A program made the position numbers and the translations under genes. A stretch of 64,000 nt of DNA. It comes from Scyliorhinus canicula. Lineage: Eukaryota. The notes beneath the pieces were generated by a model. It had not been told where the DNA came from. It was given only the letters and a program-made list of their open reading frames with translations, and made no database searches. Positions 1 to 12,667 of this stretch are shown in pieces. Numbering within the stretch: position 1 is the stretch's first letter; the number at the start of each line of letters is the position of its first letter. The DNA is taken from the NCBI RefSeq assembly GCF_902713615.1, contig NC_052169.1:696708-760707 (forward strand), given 5' to 3'.

Positions 1-1189
1 CATTTGGTCGAGAATGACTTATCTCAATTCCAATACAAGTGTGTTCCTTCCTAAATACAGAGACCAAAACTCCACACAATAAGAATCCAGGTGTGGTCTC
101 ACCAAAACCCTGTCCAATTGGAGCATGACTGATTTATATTTATCCTCCAACCACCCGCAATAAAGGTGAACATGCCATTTTGCTTCCTAATTGTTTGCTG
201 AACCTCAATTCCCTGTGAAGACATCAGAGTCTCTGAACATCACCATTTACAAGTGTCACACCTTTTTATTTTCTACCCTGAGAGTTACCTGACCGTTCCT
301 CAGCGAGGTTCACGGACGCATAGAATGTGCTGGAAATTAACCAGATCAAACAGGAGATTACCAGCACTGATTACCAGTACTGGAAACTATCCCACGGCCT
401 CTCCATCCAGTAAGGCTGTCATGTTGGAACCACTTAAACCTGACTTACGGTGAGCTCACTGATCTGTGAGAGACAAGAGACCTCGAGTTGTGCAGCATCA
501 GCATTGAGAGATGAGGAAATCTCACCACTAATCACACTAGCTGTGATAGTGTCACTGAAGGTGCATCAGACCACAGATTCCCCCAAGCACCACTATTCTG
601 CTCACTGCCAGACAGGCCCCTGGATCTGACGGGACAGTTTACATCAGTTTTCCCAGTTTTCCTTCCAACAATCTTTAAACAGTGAAAAGAAAACACTTGC
701 CCTCCACCCCCAATACCAGTCTGCTCCGCCCTTACCTGGGAAAACTGTCACCCCAGTCCCCCCCCCCCCACCTACCGGGATACCAGCCACCACTACCCCA
801 TCCAGAATGGCAATCAATCTCCCCCACCGCAGGGGAGCAGCCTCTGTAACGACAGGACAGAGGTACAGTGGGAGGGGGCACCATCACCCCAAGCCCTGGC
901 AAGACCTTTTCCTGCTGCATCAAATAAACATGACAACCCCCCCCCCCCCCCCCCCCCCCCAAAGCACAGCCCAGGTTCTGTAAACAGTGACCCGCGGGGC
1001 TCACAACGTTGTCACTGGCGACCTGGTGGTGATGAACTGCAGCTGGGGGGGGGGGGGACAGGTCTATTCCCCCACCTCCTGGCAGCATGCCTGTGCAGAG
1101 CAGGGATGCTGCGGAGACTGTGCAGCCGGCAGTATCGCTCCTCTCTGCAGCTGGAGCCCGGCTTTGTGGGAGGTCGGCGCCGGGGAGGG

Positions 1190-3055
1190 GGAGGTGGGGG
1201 TCTCAGGGCTGCAGGGGGAGGGTGGGGGTCTCCGGACTGTAGGGGGAGGGTGGGGGTCTCCGGGCTGTAGGGGGAGGGTGGGGGTCTCCGGGCTGTAGGG
1301 GGACGGTGGGGGTCTCCGGGCTGTAGGGGGAGGGTGGGGGTCTCCGGGCTGTAGGGGGAGGGTGGGGGTCTCCAGGCTGTAGGGGGAGGGTGGAGATCTC
1401 CGGGCTGCAGGGGGAGGGTGGGGGTCTCCGGGCTGTAGGGGGAGGGTGGGGGTCTCCGGGCTGTAGGGGGAGGGTGGGGGTCTCCGGGCTGTAGGGGGAG
1501 GGTGGAGATCTCCGGGCTGCAGGGGGAGGGTGGGGGTCTCCGGGCTGTAGGGGGTGGGTGGGGGTCTCCGGGCTGTAGGGGGAGGGTGGAGATCTCTGGG
1601 CTACAGGGAGAGGGTGGGGGTCTCTGGGCTGCAGGGAGAGGGTGGGGTTCTGTGGGCTGCAGGGAGGGGTTGGGGGTCTCCGGGCAGTAGGGAGAGGCTG
1701 GGGTGGGTGGGGGTCTCCGGGCTGTAGGGGGAGGGTGGAGATCTCCGGGCTGCAGGGGGAGGGTGGGGGTCTCCGGGCTGTAGGGGGGGGGTGGGGGTCT
1801 CCGGGCTGTAGGGGGAGGGTGGAGATCTCTGGGCTACAGGGAGAGGGTGGGGGTCTCTGGGCTGCAGGGAGAGGGTGGGGTTCTGTGGGCTGCAGGGAGG
1901 GGTTGGGGGTCTCCGGGCAGTAGGGAGAGGCTGGGGTGGGTGGGGGTCTCCGGGCTGCAGGATGAGGGTTGGGGTCTCCGGGCTGTAGGGAGAGGCTGGG
2001 GTGGGTGGGGGTCTCCGGGCTGCAGGGAGAGGGTGGGGGTCTGGGGGGGGGTCCTCCGGGCTGGGGGTCTCCGGGCTGCAGAGGCGCTTGGGGGTCCCCG
2101 GACTGCAGGGAGAGGGTCCCCAGGCTGCAGGGTGAGGGTCCCCGGGCTGCAGGGTGAGGGTGGGGGTCTCCGGGCTGCAGGGAGAGGGTCCCCGGGCTGC
2201 AGGGTGAGGGTCCCCGGGCTGCAGGGTGAGGGTCCCCGGGCTGCAGGGTGAGGGTGGGGGTCTCTGGGCTGCAGGGAGAGGGTCCCCGGGCTGCAGGGTG
2301 AGGGTCCCCGGGCTGCAGGGTGAGGGTCCCCGGGCTGCAGGGTGAGGGTGGGGGTCCCCGGGCTGCAGGGTGAGGGTCCCCGGGCTGCAGGGTGGGGATC
2401 CCCGGGCTGCAGGGTGAGGGTCCCCGGGCTGCAGGGTGGGGGTCTCCGGGCTGCAGGGAGAGGGTCCCCGGGCTGCAGGGTGAGGGTGGGGGTCCCCGGG
2501 CTGCAGGGAGAGGGTCCCCGGGCTGCAGGGTGAGGGTCTCCGGGCTGCAGGGTGAGGGTCCCCGGGCTGCAGGGAGAGGGTGGGGGTCCCCGAGCTGCAG
2601 GGTGAGGGTGGGGGTCTCCGGGCTGCAGGGAGGGGGTCCCCGGGCTGCAGGGTGAGGGTGGGGGTCTCCGGGCTGCAGGGAGGGGGTCTCCGGGCTGCAG
2701 GGTGGGGGTCTCCGGGCTGCAGGGTGAGGGTGGGGGTCTCCGGGCTGCAGGGTGAGGGTGGGGGTCCCCGAGCTGCAGGGTGAGGGTGGGGGTCTCCGGG
2801 CTGCAGGGAGGGGGTCTCCGGGCTGCAGGGTGAGGGTGGGGGTCTCCGGGCTGCAGGGAGGGGGTCTCCGGGCTGCAGGGTGAGGGTGGGGGTCTCCGGG
2901 CTGCAGGGAGGGGGTCTCCGGGCTGCAGGGTGAGGGTGGGGGTCTCCGGGCTGCAGGGAGGGGGTCTCCGGGCTGCAGGGTGAGGGTGGGGGTCTCCGGG
3001 CTGCAGGGTGGGGGTCTCCGGGTTGCAGGGAGGGGGTCCCCGGGCTGCAGGGGGT
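1190..3055. repeat. G-rich minisatellite, ~23-29-bp units (ggggtctccgggctgcagggtgagggtg)
   Basis: Visible tandem periodicity; multiple G-runs per unit, so G-quadruplex potential. Confidence 0.95.
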
Positions 3056-3861
3056 ATCGGGGGGGGGGGCTGCCTCCATCCCCTCCGCTCCTGCCGCTTA
3101 CCTGTCTGTTCCGCTCTCAGCCTCTGTTCCTTTGTGTTCCCGGTCCCAGTGCATGGGGCCCCGGACCCTGCATAGGACACACCCGCCGCACCCGGCCGGC
3201 TGAATGCAGCACTCTGGTCCCACATTCAGATTCCGGGGTGGCGGCAGACTGCCCAGCAACAGCCCCGGAACCCAGGACCCTGAATGTGTGATATCACCAC
3301 CCAGCCCAGGACCCTGAATCATCATTTCCTCTGAGCACAAAGTGCTGGAGATGGTCAGGGTCAAACTGGGGCACAGATAAACTTCACATTGTAACCTGGA
3401 GTGAGCAGCTCGGCAGGGACAGCAGCTAAATCCATTCCAAACCCCATTCTGCAGATGGGAACCATGGGCAGGCATTGCAACATCAGCTGTGAAGTACATG
3501 GGGAAAGGACATGATGATGCTGGGGGATCTGTTAGAATTAGAAAACAGCTTTGAGACAGAAGGTGGCCGTTGGGATAAACATTTCCAGGCCAGTCCTCTG
3601 TTAGAGCAGCTCAGCTAGCCCAGCTCCCGGTCTTTTCCCTGCACTTTGTTTCCTCTCTGATAATTATCCCTTTTGAAAAACACCAGTGAGTCTGTCTCCA
3701 CCACGTTCTCGGGCTCCTGCGTACCAGATCCTAACCATTCACTGCAAAAAATACATTCTTTCCTCATGTTACCTCGGGATCTTTTCCAATCCCCTTAAAT
3801 CTTTGGTTCATCAAAAATAAGAGTGGATTTGTAAAGGGTACCTACCCACCTGGTGGACTTT

Positions 3862-4085
3862 AAAAAAAAATAATTTAGAGTACCCAATTATTATCTTTTC
3901 TAATTAAGGGCCAATTTAACGTGGCCAATCCACCTACCCTGCACATCTTTGGGTTGTGGGGAGAAACCCACGCAGACATGGAGAGTGTGCAAACTCCACA
4001 CGGACAGTGACCCAGAGCCGGGATCGAATGTGGAACCTCGGTGCCATGAGGCAGCAGTGCTAACCACTGCGCCACCATGCTGCCC
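3862..4085 (-). mobile_element. HE1-type V-SINE (short variant with A-rich tail)
   Basis: tRNA-like head gggcagcatggtggcgcagtggttagcactgctgcctca..gttcgatccc and V-core gtgtggagtttgcac..ggtggattggccac. Confidence 0.85.
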
Positions 4086-4709
4086 TTGAATGTTATTCAT
4101 ATGGACTTTCAAAAGGCACTTGATAAAGGTCCGCCCTAATGACCAGTTACCTAATGTTTTCTTGAAACCTTGAATCCATAGAATCCCTGCAGTGCAGACC
4201 ATTCGGCCCATTGAGTCTGCACCGACTACCAAAAGGCCATCCTACATAAGCCCCTCTCCCTCACCCTATACCCGTAACCCTTACCTTCACATCTTTGGAC
4301 TGTGGGAGGAAACCTTCTGTCACAGGAGATGATGGCTTGTTTAGTGGTGGTCAGCTCTCTCTTAAGCATCACCCGGTGTGGTTCAGGAGCTCCACTTTGG
4401 CATGGCAGCCTCCGCACATTTACTGAAGAGGGAGACAATGGGCTGAGGTGGTGAACAATTCTCTGACCGGTTTTCTCTGGGACCCTTCTCAGCCGGCTGA
4501 GCTTTGTGTTTCTGCTCACAGCTTCCAATGCCCATTCAAATAGTCAGCATCCAGCAGTCACAGCTGTCAGTAACTATCTCTCACTCATCAGTGTCAATGT
4601 CCTCTCCCTCACATTGTCAGCGTCCTTCCTGCTTCGGCTTGTTTATATTCTGTTTATTCCCTTGTTTACCCCTTTCTTTTATTTTTGCTATTACATTTTT
4701 GATCCATGG

Positions 4710-5886
4710 ATGATTTATGGGCCTGCGCCTGCAAGAAGCAGCCTTTAATTCAAACAAGCAGGTCCCAGAAGGCTGTTCTGCTTTAGATTGGTGAGTGGAG
4801 ATTGGCTGGCCTCAGCGATCACTCGATTTGATTGACGTGGCTGGTAGTCAATGAATTGGCCCAAAAAGCTGTGTTCTGCCTGGTAACAGGTGGTGATTGG
4901 ATCTGATCCCACTGAAATGGTTCAGAGACCCAAGGAGCTTTCAGTTTCGTTTTGGCAACTGAGACAGAACACTCACTCGCTTTCCACTCCATTTTTCTCC
5001 AGCGCACAGTGTTTCTGACTTGGATTACAGGATAACCATTACAGGCTGTGCAGGAAAGGTTTAGGATCTGATAACTCACGCCAGAAATATCCAGCTAATT
5101 CTCCCCAAAAGGCTAGTGTAGAACCAACTCTCGCTGCAGAAAGGCTGGTGTGAACTGACCAAATGTTTCTCCAGAAATGGCAGAAGCCTGGGAACGTAAG
5201 TTTGATGTGAAGCAAGGGGCCTCTCCAGGAGACGATGAGAGTAATATTGCTACGCTGCAAGGAAGATCATTGCAGGCTGTAAACCAGGGCATACTGTGAA
5301 GAAAGCAGGCTGCGAACCAACATTTGATGATCTTCACCCTTATTATATTCACCTCCCCCCCCCCCCCCCCCCTCCTCCCGGCATGTTTCTCTATCTTGTG
5401 TGTGTGGTAGAGGATAGGACAGTTAAAGGGGGTAGTAGGTTAGCTTGTTGTTATTCAGTTGCATTTACTGCACATTTCATCATTATCCTCGTTAGAAATA
5501 AAGTCAATCATGTTTCAACTTACAAATCTGGTGACTGTAATTATTGGGCAGCCAGAAAACACAGGAGCAGAATTAGGCCATTCACCCATCGAGTCTGCTC
5601 CGCCATTCAATCATGGCTGATATTTTTCTCATCCCCATTCTCCTGCCTTTTCCCCATAACCCCTGATCCCCTTCAAGAACCTATCTATCTCTGTCTTAAA
5701 GACACTCAGTCAATTGGCCTCCACAGCCTTCTGTGGCAAAAGAGTTCCACAGATTCACCACTCTCAGCGAAGGGCTAAACATTTCAGGATTTTGTTATAA
5801 GAATTATTGGTTAATTCACTTGTGTTGTGACTCCAGGGCCCGTGCAGCTGGAATTGACCACACACTTGCCCAGGGTGGACAAACAA
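4710..5886 (+). mobile_element. Probable solo LTR with a CR1 3' fragment inserted at ~5553-5770 (minus)
   Basis: TG..CA-like ends, AATAAA near 5498, no coding potential; resembles shark LTR 3' ends as I recall them (ttacaaatctggtgactgtaattattgggcagcc..ggaattgaccacacacttgcccagggt). Confidence 0.45.
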
Positions 5887-5889
5887 TAT

Positions 5890-6590
5890 CTAATTTAGAG
5901 GTAGCAGAGGTATCACCACCCAAGAGGCCATGACACAGTGGACAGTTCGCTGTACAGACATTCTTTTGGTATACATCTGTCATCCATCCTATAATGCAAC
6001 CGAGCCAATACAGAGTTAGCAATGAGTGTACGCTGACGGAATTAACAAATTCCAGGAACTCAGAGTTTGTGACCTTGTCCCACCAAGAGATGCCACAGAT
6101 ACAGCTGCGGTAGCAAAGTTGGAAATGTTCAGCCTTTTCTTCTGCCTAGCATACATTGTCCAGGTTTCACTTCGGAGGGAAGTGTTACGGAGTGAAGTGC
6201 AATAAGGGCACAGGCTTGGTAAACTTGCAGATTGCCGTTTTGTCAGGCTGCAGTTGTTCCACAGACTGTTTTTACATAACAGCTGCAGTTTTGCAGTATA
6301 TGTGATGATTCAAGTGTCAAGTGACAGATTATTGGTGACCGTGGAGCTTAGATATGTGAAGCATTCAACAACCTGTCACATTGTCAATGGTGATAAGTGG
6401 TGGTTGGACAATGTCCTGGACCATGACATTTAATCAAACCAAACTCTTTACAGCCGTGTGTCTGACTATTGTGAGGGATCCTGGAAACAAGTCCAGACAG
6501 TGTGCCTGTTACTGTCAGTGATTTTAGTTTGCATGCAAACTGGAAATGTATTAGTGACACATCAAGCAAAGGTTAGAGATTAACACAAAG
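5890..6590 (-). mobile_element. Old RTE-clade LINE RT/C-terminal fragment
   Basis: Minus translation SETWTMYARQKKRLNIF..ICGISWWDKVTNSEFLE resembles RTE YGSETWTLY..RLNSFHLRCLRRILGISWQDKVTNTEVL. Confidence 0.75.
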
Positions 6591-6849
6591 ATGAAGCAAG
6601 TTTGTGAAAAGCTTGGATTTCAGGCTAGTTTACAGATTAAATTCTGTCTCTCAGCCCTGATACATAAATCTTACATAATCAAATCCTATTTCCTCTTCCT
6701 CTCCTCAGGCCATTAGACACAAAGGGGAATTATGATGATCATGGCAATGGTGGCCTTGCTCTTTTCCACTGTGGCAGTGCAGAGGGGTGGATTCTCTGTC
6801 CCATGCAGGTATCGGGATTCCCAATCGGGCAGAGAATGACGGGTCACTC

Positions 6850-7292
6850 AAAAATTGGGATGCAGAGGCGATTCTCCAGAATGTTGCCTGGGATGAAACA
6901 TTTAAGTTATGGAGAGGTTGGGTAGGTTTGGGTTGTTTTCGCCGGGGCAGAGAAGACCGAGGGGTAACCTGATTGAGGTGTGCAAGACTCCGGTGGATAG
7001 GGAACAGCTGTTCTCCTTAGTTGAAGAGTCAGTCATGAGGGGACACAAGTTCAAGGTTTTGGGGCGATTTCAGGAAAAACAGTTTTACCCAGAGTGGTTT
7101 GGGAGGGTGGTAGAGGCGGACTGCCTCACATCCTTAAAAAGTACCTGGATGAGCACTTAGCATGTCTTAACATTCGAGGCTATAGGCCAAGTGCTGGCTA
7201 ATGGGATTAGGTGGGTAGCTCAGGTGTTTTTCATGTATCGGTGCACACTCGATGGGCTGAAGGGCCTCCTCTGCACTATTGTGATACTGCGA
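6850..7292 (+). mobile_element. CR1 LINE 3' fragment
   Basis: ERLGRFGLFSPGQRRPRGNLIEVCK; tail gatgggctgaagggcctcctctgcact. Confidence 0.8.
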
Positions 7293-8159
7293 CTGTGTGA
7301 ATTTTCCGCTACCCCGCCGCTGGCCTCAGTTAACTAGCTGCCTCACGCCTGGGGCACCCTGCAAATCCGCAATTTGCATGCGTTTAAATCTGATTAAAGG
7401 GCTAGAAGACCAAATCTCCCCCCCACCCCCCGTTATGCATCACCCCTCACAGCTGGTGTCATGCCAGCGGGCAACATTTACAAGCTGGGCCCAGGCATCA
7501 TGGCCGTTGAGGGGGAGCAAGGAGGCAAGCAAACTATTGAAACTCTTTGGGCTTGCTGGGGGGTGTGCCTGGATCTCAGGGAGTAGAGAGAAATGACTTG
7601 GTGGCAAATACATGGACTTGGGCTGTCCCCCTCAGGATTGGGCAGCCCTGGCCACGGCCCCCATTGCTGCATAAAATCATTTAAACTCACCTCCTGGCTG
7701 CAACTACAGGCTCCTGGCTATTGAGACTGCTGAAGGGATCCTGCAAATATTTATAAACACTCTTGCTATGATTGACAGCTCCTCACCACATCAAAAGGAG
7801 TTAAGTGGTTTCACTTCCTCTTTTCCCCAGAATTGTGGTTAGCATCAAAGGGAAAAATCAATAAACAACCCACCAAGCAGCTGCAACTGACCCATAAAAC
7901 TGTCAATCACAGGCTGGTGAACGTTTTTCTCAATGAAATTGATAGGGAGTTTTGCATTTCAAAGGCTGGCAGACGATTTGAGTTTTAGAGTTGGCCTCTG
8001 ACACTCCGAACAGCTGCTGCTTTAAAGACTTCTGTCTGAAGTGGAAATACAGCGAACACAGCGATCTTTCATTGAACTGCCCGGTCTGTTCTTCAGCTGT
8101 CAGGCAGGGGTGACTGATGGGGGTGGGGTTTGCCAGATGTTGACTGGGAGAGTGCATCC

Positions 8160-8325
8160 TCCGATTGGGGGGGGGAAGAGAGCAACCTCTGATTGGGGGG
8201 GGAAGAGAGCAGCCTCCGATTGTGGGGGGGGGGGGGGGAAGAGAGAGAGAGAAGAGAGCAGCCTCCGAATTGGGGGGGGGGGGGGGAGAAGAGAGCAGTG
8301 TCTGATTGGGTGGGGGTGGGGGGGG
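8160..8325. repeat. Short degenerate tandem repeat (gagagcagcctccgattggggggggg)
   Basis: About 5 copies with variable poly-G. Confidence 0.7.
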
Positions 8326-8384
8326 TCACCCTCATGCAGTCTGTGAGGGGCTGACCCATCATGCCTGCAGTGGGCCGGGGGAAG

Positions 8385-9415
8385 GATTAGCACTGGAGAA
8401 GGGTGACTAGTGGTATTCCACAGGGATCCGTGCTCGGACCACTGTTGTTTGTGATATACATAAATGACCTGGAGGAAGGTATAGGTGGTCTGATTAGCAA
8501 GTTTGCAGATGATACTAAGATTGGTGGAGTTGCAGATAGCGAGGAGGACTGTCAGAGAATACAACAAAATATAGATAGATTGGAGAGTTGGGCAGAGAAA
8601 TGGCAGATGGAGTTCAATCCAGGCAAATGCGAGGTGATGCATTTTGGAAGATCAAATTCAAGAGCGGACTATATGGTCAATGGAAGGGTCTTGGGGAAAA
8701 TTGATGTGCAGAGAGATCTGGGAGTTCAGGTCCATTGTACCCTGAAGGTTGCAACGCAGGTCGATACAGTGGTCAAGAAGGCATACAGTATGCTTGCCTT
8801 CATCGGATGGGGTATTGAGTACAAGAGATGGCAGGTCATATTACAGATGTATAGGACTTTGGTTCGGCCACATTTGGAATACTGCGTGCAGTTCTGGTCG
8901 CCACATTACCAGAAGGATGTGGATGCTTTGGAGAGGGTGCAGAGGAGGTTCACCAGGATGTTGCCTGGTATGGAGGGTGCTAGCTATGCAGAAAGGTTGA
9001 GTAGATTAGGATTGTTTTCGTTGGAAAGACGGAGGTTGAGGGGGGACCTGATTGAGGTTTACAAAATTATGAGAGGTATGGACAGGGTGGATAGCAACAA
9101 GCTTTTCCCCAAGAGTGGGGGTGTCAGTTACAAGGGGTCACGATTTCAAGGTGAGAGGGGAAAAGTTTAAAGGAGATGTGCGTGGAAAGTTTTTTTACGC
9201 AGAGGGTGGTGGGTGCCTGGAACGCTTTACCAGCGGAGGTGGTAGAGGTGGACATGATAGCATCATTTAAGAGGCATCTAGACAGGTATATGAATGGGCG
9301 GGAACAGAGGGAGGTAGACCTTGGAAAATAGGAGACAGGTTTAGATAAAGGATCTGGATCGGCGCAGCCTGGGAGGGCCGAAGGGCCTGTTCCTGTGCTG
9401 TAATTTTCTTTGTTC
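8385..9415 (+). mobile_element. CR1-clade LINE (HER1-like), 5'-truncated RT and 3' tail
   Basis: ORF 8403-9170: GIPQGSVLGPLLFVIYINDL..SKFADDTK..YRTLVRPHLEYCVQFWSP..SLERRRLRGDLIEVYKI; tail gggccgaagggcctgttcctgtgctgtaa. Confidence 0.95.
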
Positions 9416-9419
9416 TTTC

Positions 9420-9645
9420 CCCATTACCCATCCTAACCTTTTTGGACACGAAGGGCAATTTATCATGGCCAATCCACCTAACCTGCACATCTTTGGACTG
9501 TGGGAGGAAACCGGAGCACCCGGAGGAAACCCACGCTGACACTGGGAGAACATGCAGACTCCGCAGTGTCCCAGTGGAGAGTCGAACCTGGGACCCTGGC
9601 GCTGTGAAGCCACAGCGCTATCCACTTGTGCTACCGTGCTGCCCC
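9420..9645 (-). mobile_element. HE1-type V-SINE
   Basis: Core gggtttcctccgggtgctccggtttcctcccacagtccaaagatgtgcaggttagg on minus. Confidence 0.88.
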
Positions 9646-10992
9646 AACCCATGAAATTCATGACCACAGAAAGCTGCGGAGGCTGAACACATTTAAGAAG
9701 GAAATGGATTGAGGGGGTATGGGGAGAGCGCAGGATGAGTGAGATAGAGGATCAGCCGTTATCATATTATCAGGTTTTCTGCTGCTCCTATTTTCTATGT
9801 CTTCTATCTTACACTTATCCGCAATAAATTCACAAATATCAGAGTGACTAATACAAGAATTCAGGGGAAAGTTATTTCCCCAGAGTGTGGTTAGATGGGG
9901 AACTATTGCACCACGACGAGCAATTCCATTGGGTTTCTCAGTCAAGCTCATTGTTGTCAATTGCAGTCAGTAAAGTTGCCTCACTCATTTCCATTAAGAT
10001 CAAATTCCTCATGAACAACTGTTGTTTTTCACCCTTCCGCCAGTTTATTATCCTCAAGCAAGATGAACCCTGAACGTACACAGCTTTGAGTTTCATTGAT
10101 AGTTGGAAGGCTATCTGTTCTTGTAGCTGTTTTGAATCTCTGATGTTGTAATAATCATACTTGAAGCTTTGAAAGATGAGAGCTCTTTATGTTTAATATT
10201 TGCCATGCTGCCTTGTACAAAGGAAAGACCAATTTGAATTGGTTCTGTTACATATCACGTGACTCTCCCATTTATCCATGAAATGTGGTCCCCGGAACAC
10301 TTGCACATAACAATTAATTCCTAACTCTTCACAGATAATACAATATATAACATCACTCTTTCTATAAAACGTAATGCCCCTATCAATGGAGCTGTTCCAG
10401 TCATTAACTTTCTTAAACTAAAGAAAATTATCGACTTTTGGAAATAACTTCATCTAAAAAGAGTCTTTACAGCATGTATTCTTTTTTTAAAAATATTATT
10501 CACAGTATCTCTTCAGTGGTAAGAAGACCATCTTTTAGATTTGACTTTTGTTGCTCTGGGGCGAGTTGGTACATTACAGAGGCGATGTTGTGCGTGTTGT
10601 TTATGGTACTGCAGGAGTCATGCTTGCTGTTGCTAATGTTGTGTCGTTTGCTGGTGATGTTGTGGAGATTATTTCCCTGGTTATTGATGATTCCACTGTT
10701 GCTGATGATTTGATCTGTATTTTCCAGCCCTGGTTTAGGTTGAATATGGAGTCCGTTTCTTTTGATTTGTTTACTGGTTTCGCTCTCAATTTGGTTGACC
10801 TTGATGTCTCAGCTTCAGCAACGTTTGCTGAGCTGCAGCCTTTCATTACTGGATCCTGTACATTTACACGTTGTCCTTTCAGTAGCTGAGGTGGGGATTT
10901 TGCCGTTTTGTTGAAGTGCTAACCTCATGTTGTCTCACTTCATCCTGTCATTTTGCTTGGCTGCGTAGACTTATATCTGCTTCCATTCAGGA

Positions 10993-11488
10993 ATCATAGA
11001 ACCTACAATGCAGGAGGAGGAGGCCATTTGGCCCATCGAGTCTGCACCGGCCCTTGGAAAAGCACCCCGCCTAAGCCCACACCGCCACCCTGTCCGGGTA
11101 ACCCCACCTAACCTTTTTGGACACTAAGAGCCAATTTAGCATGGCCAATATACCCAACCACTGGTTAGGGCTGGTGGGCTAAGACAATTGGCTTGAAATG
11201 CAAAACAAGACCAGCAGCGCGGGTTCAATTCCCGTTTCAGCCTCCCTGAAAAGGTGCCGGAATGTGGCGACTAGGGGGTTTTCACAGTAAATTCATTGAA
11301 GCCTACTTGTGACAATAAGCGATAATTATTATTATAATAACCTGCACATCTTTGGACTGTAGGAGGAAACCAGAGTACCCGGATGAAACCCACAGGAAGT
11401 ACCTGCAGATTCCGCACAGCCGGGAATCGAACCCGAGACCTTGGCACTGTGAAGCAACTGTGCTAACCCCTGTCCTACCGTGCCGCTG
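10993..11488 (-). mobile_element. HE1-type SINE interrupted by a different tRNA-SINE (11160-11338, + strand, (tta)n tail)
   Basis: HE1 halves flank an insert with gggttcaattccc B-box and gcctacttgtgacaataa..(tta)n tail. Confidence 0.8.
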
Positions 11489-11739
11489 ATTTCATGTCAG
11501 CCTTGGGAGGGGTGGATCAGAGTGACAATAAGGCACGGTTTGGGTCTTCCTTTTTCTCTTGCCATGTCGATGGATTCTCTGACCGTCTAGAATTGTCTTT
11601 CTATAAACCCGTGTCCTCAAGGGTAGCATCAGCCTTTCAACAGTGTTCTCAGACTTGCATTTTCTAGCTGAATTTTTCAATCTTGTTACAAAATTGTCAA
11701 TTGGCTCACCTAAATCCTGTTTGAGGCCTTGAAATTAAA

Positions 11740-12325
11740 ATCATGTAATTTACAGCGCAGGAGATCATTCGACCCATTGAGTCTGCACCTGCCCTTAATA
11801 ATAATACTCTTTATTGTCACAAGTAGGTTAAATTAAATCTTTGTCTCAAATAGGCTTACATTAACACTGCAATGAAGTTACTATGAAAAGACCCTAGGCG
11901 CCACATTCTGGAGCCTCTGCAGGTACACGGAGGGAGAAATCAGAATGTCCAATACCCAAATTACGTCTTTCGGGACTTGTGGGAGAAAACCCATGCAGAC
12001 ACAGGGAGAAAGTACAGTGACCCAAGCAGGGAATTGAACCTGGGACCCTGGAGCTGTGAAGCAACAGTGCTAGCCACTGTGCTACCATGCCACCCACATT
12101 TCTGTTGGAAAGCCCACTCCTCCACTCTATCCTGGTAAACCCAGTAACCCCACCTAATGTTTTGGGCACTGAGGGGCAATTTAGCATGGCCAATCGACTT
12201 AATCTGCACATCTTTGGACTGTGGGAGGAAACCGGAGCACCCGGAGGAAATCCACTCAGACACGGGTAAAAAGTGCAAACGCCACACAGGCAATGACCCA
12301 AGGTCGGAATTGAACCCAGGACTGT
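11740..12325 (-). mobile_element. Nested SINEs: HE1 split by a (tta)n-tailed V-SINE (11797-12090)
   Basis: HE1 tail at 11740-11795 resumes at ~12095; the insert has a V-SINE head and the tta tail. Confidence 0.78.
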
Positions 12326-12667
12326 GCCGCCCTGGTAGATCAGATGATTCAACTTTAACTGGAGATGGGTACTGAATCTTTCAAACATATTGTCTGGGTT
12401 TTTGCTGTCCTCTATAGGAAGCTCCCAACCATTAAAATAAATGTAATCCTAGATCTCCTGTCCAGAGGATATAGCTGACCCTCTCTTTGTATTTGTGCTT
12501 TTTAGGGAACAACTAAATGTCTTAATATACAACATCATTAACTTTGCTATTTATCATGGACTGAAGTCATCGCTGTGCTTGATCGACATTTCAGATTTGA
12601 TTTTCGCAGGCTTCATCCAGATTTTTTTCTGACACTAAAACGGGGACCAATTTACCAAATCGGAATT

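Noticed and set aside
1502-3079. Pro-rich and Gly-rich ORFs (collagen- or mucin-like look)
   Set aside because: Translations of a G-rich minisatellite with frequent frame-shifting unit variants.
9940-10350. Stop-poor minus-strand frame (VIYCIICEELG..FKYDYYNIRD) suggesting an endogenous viral gene
   Set aside because: Much of it coincides with the Gypsy 3' LTR (purine tract plus TG start, alignment to the 5' LTR), it has internal stops, and I recognise no viral motif.
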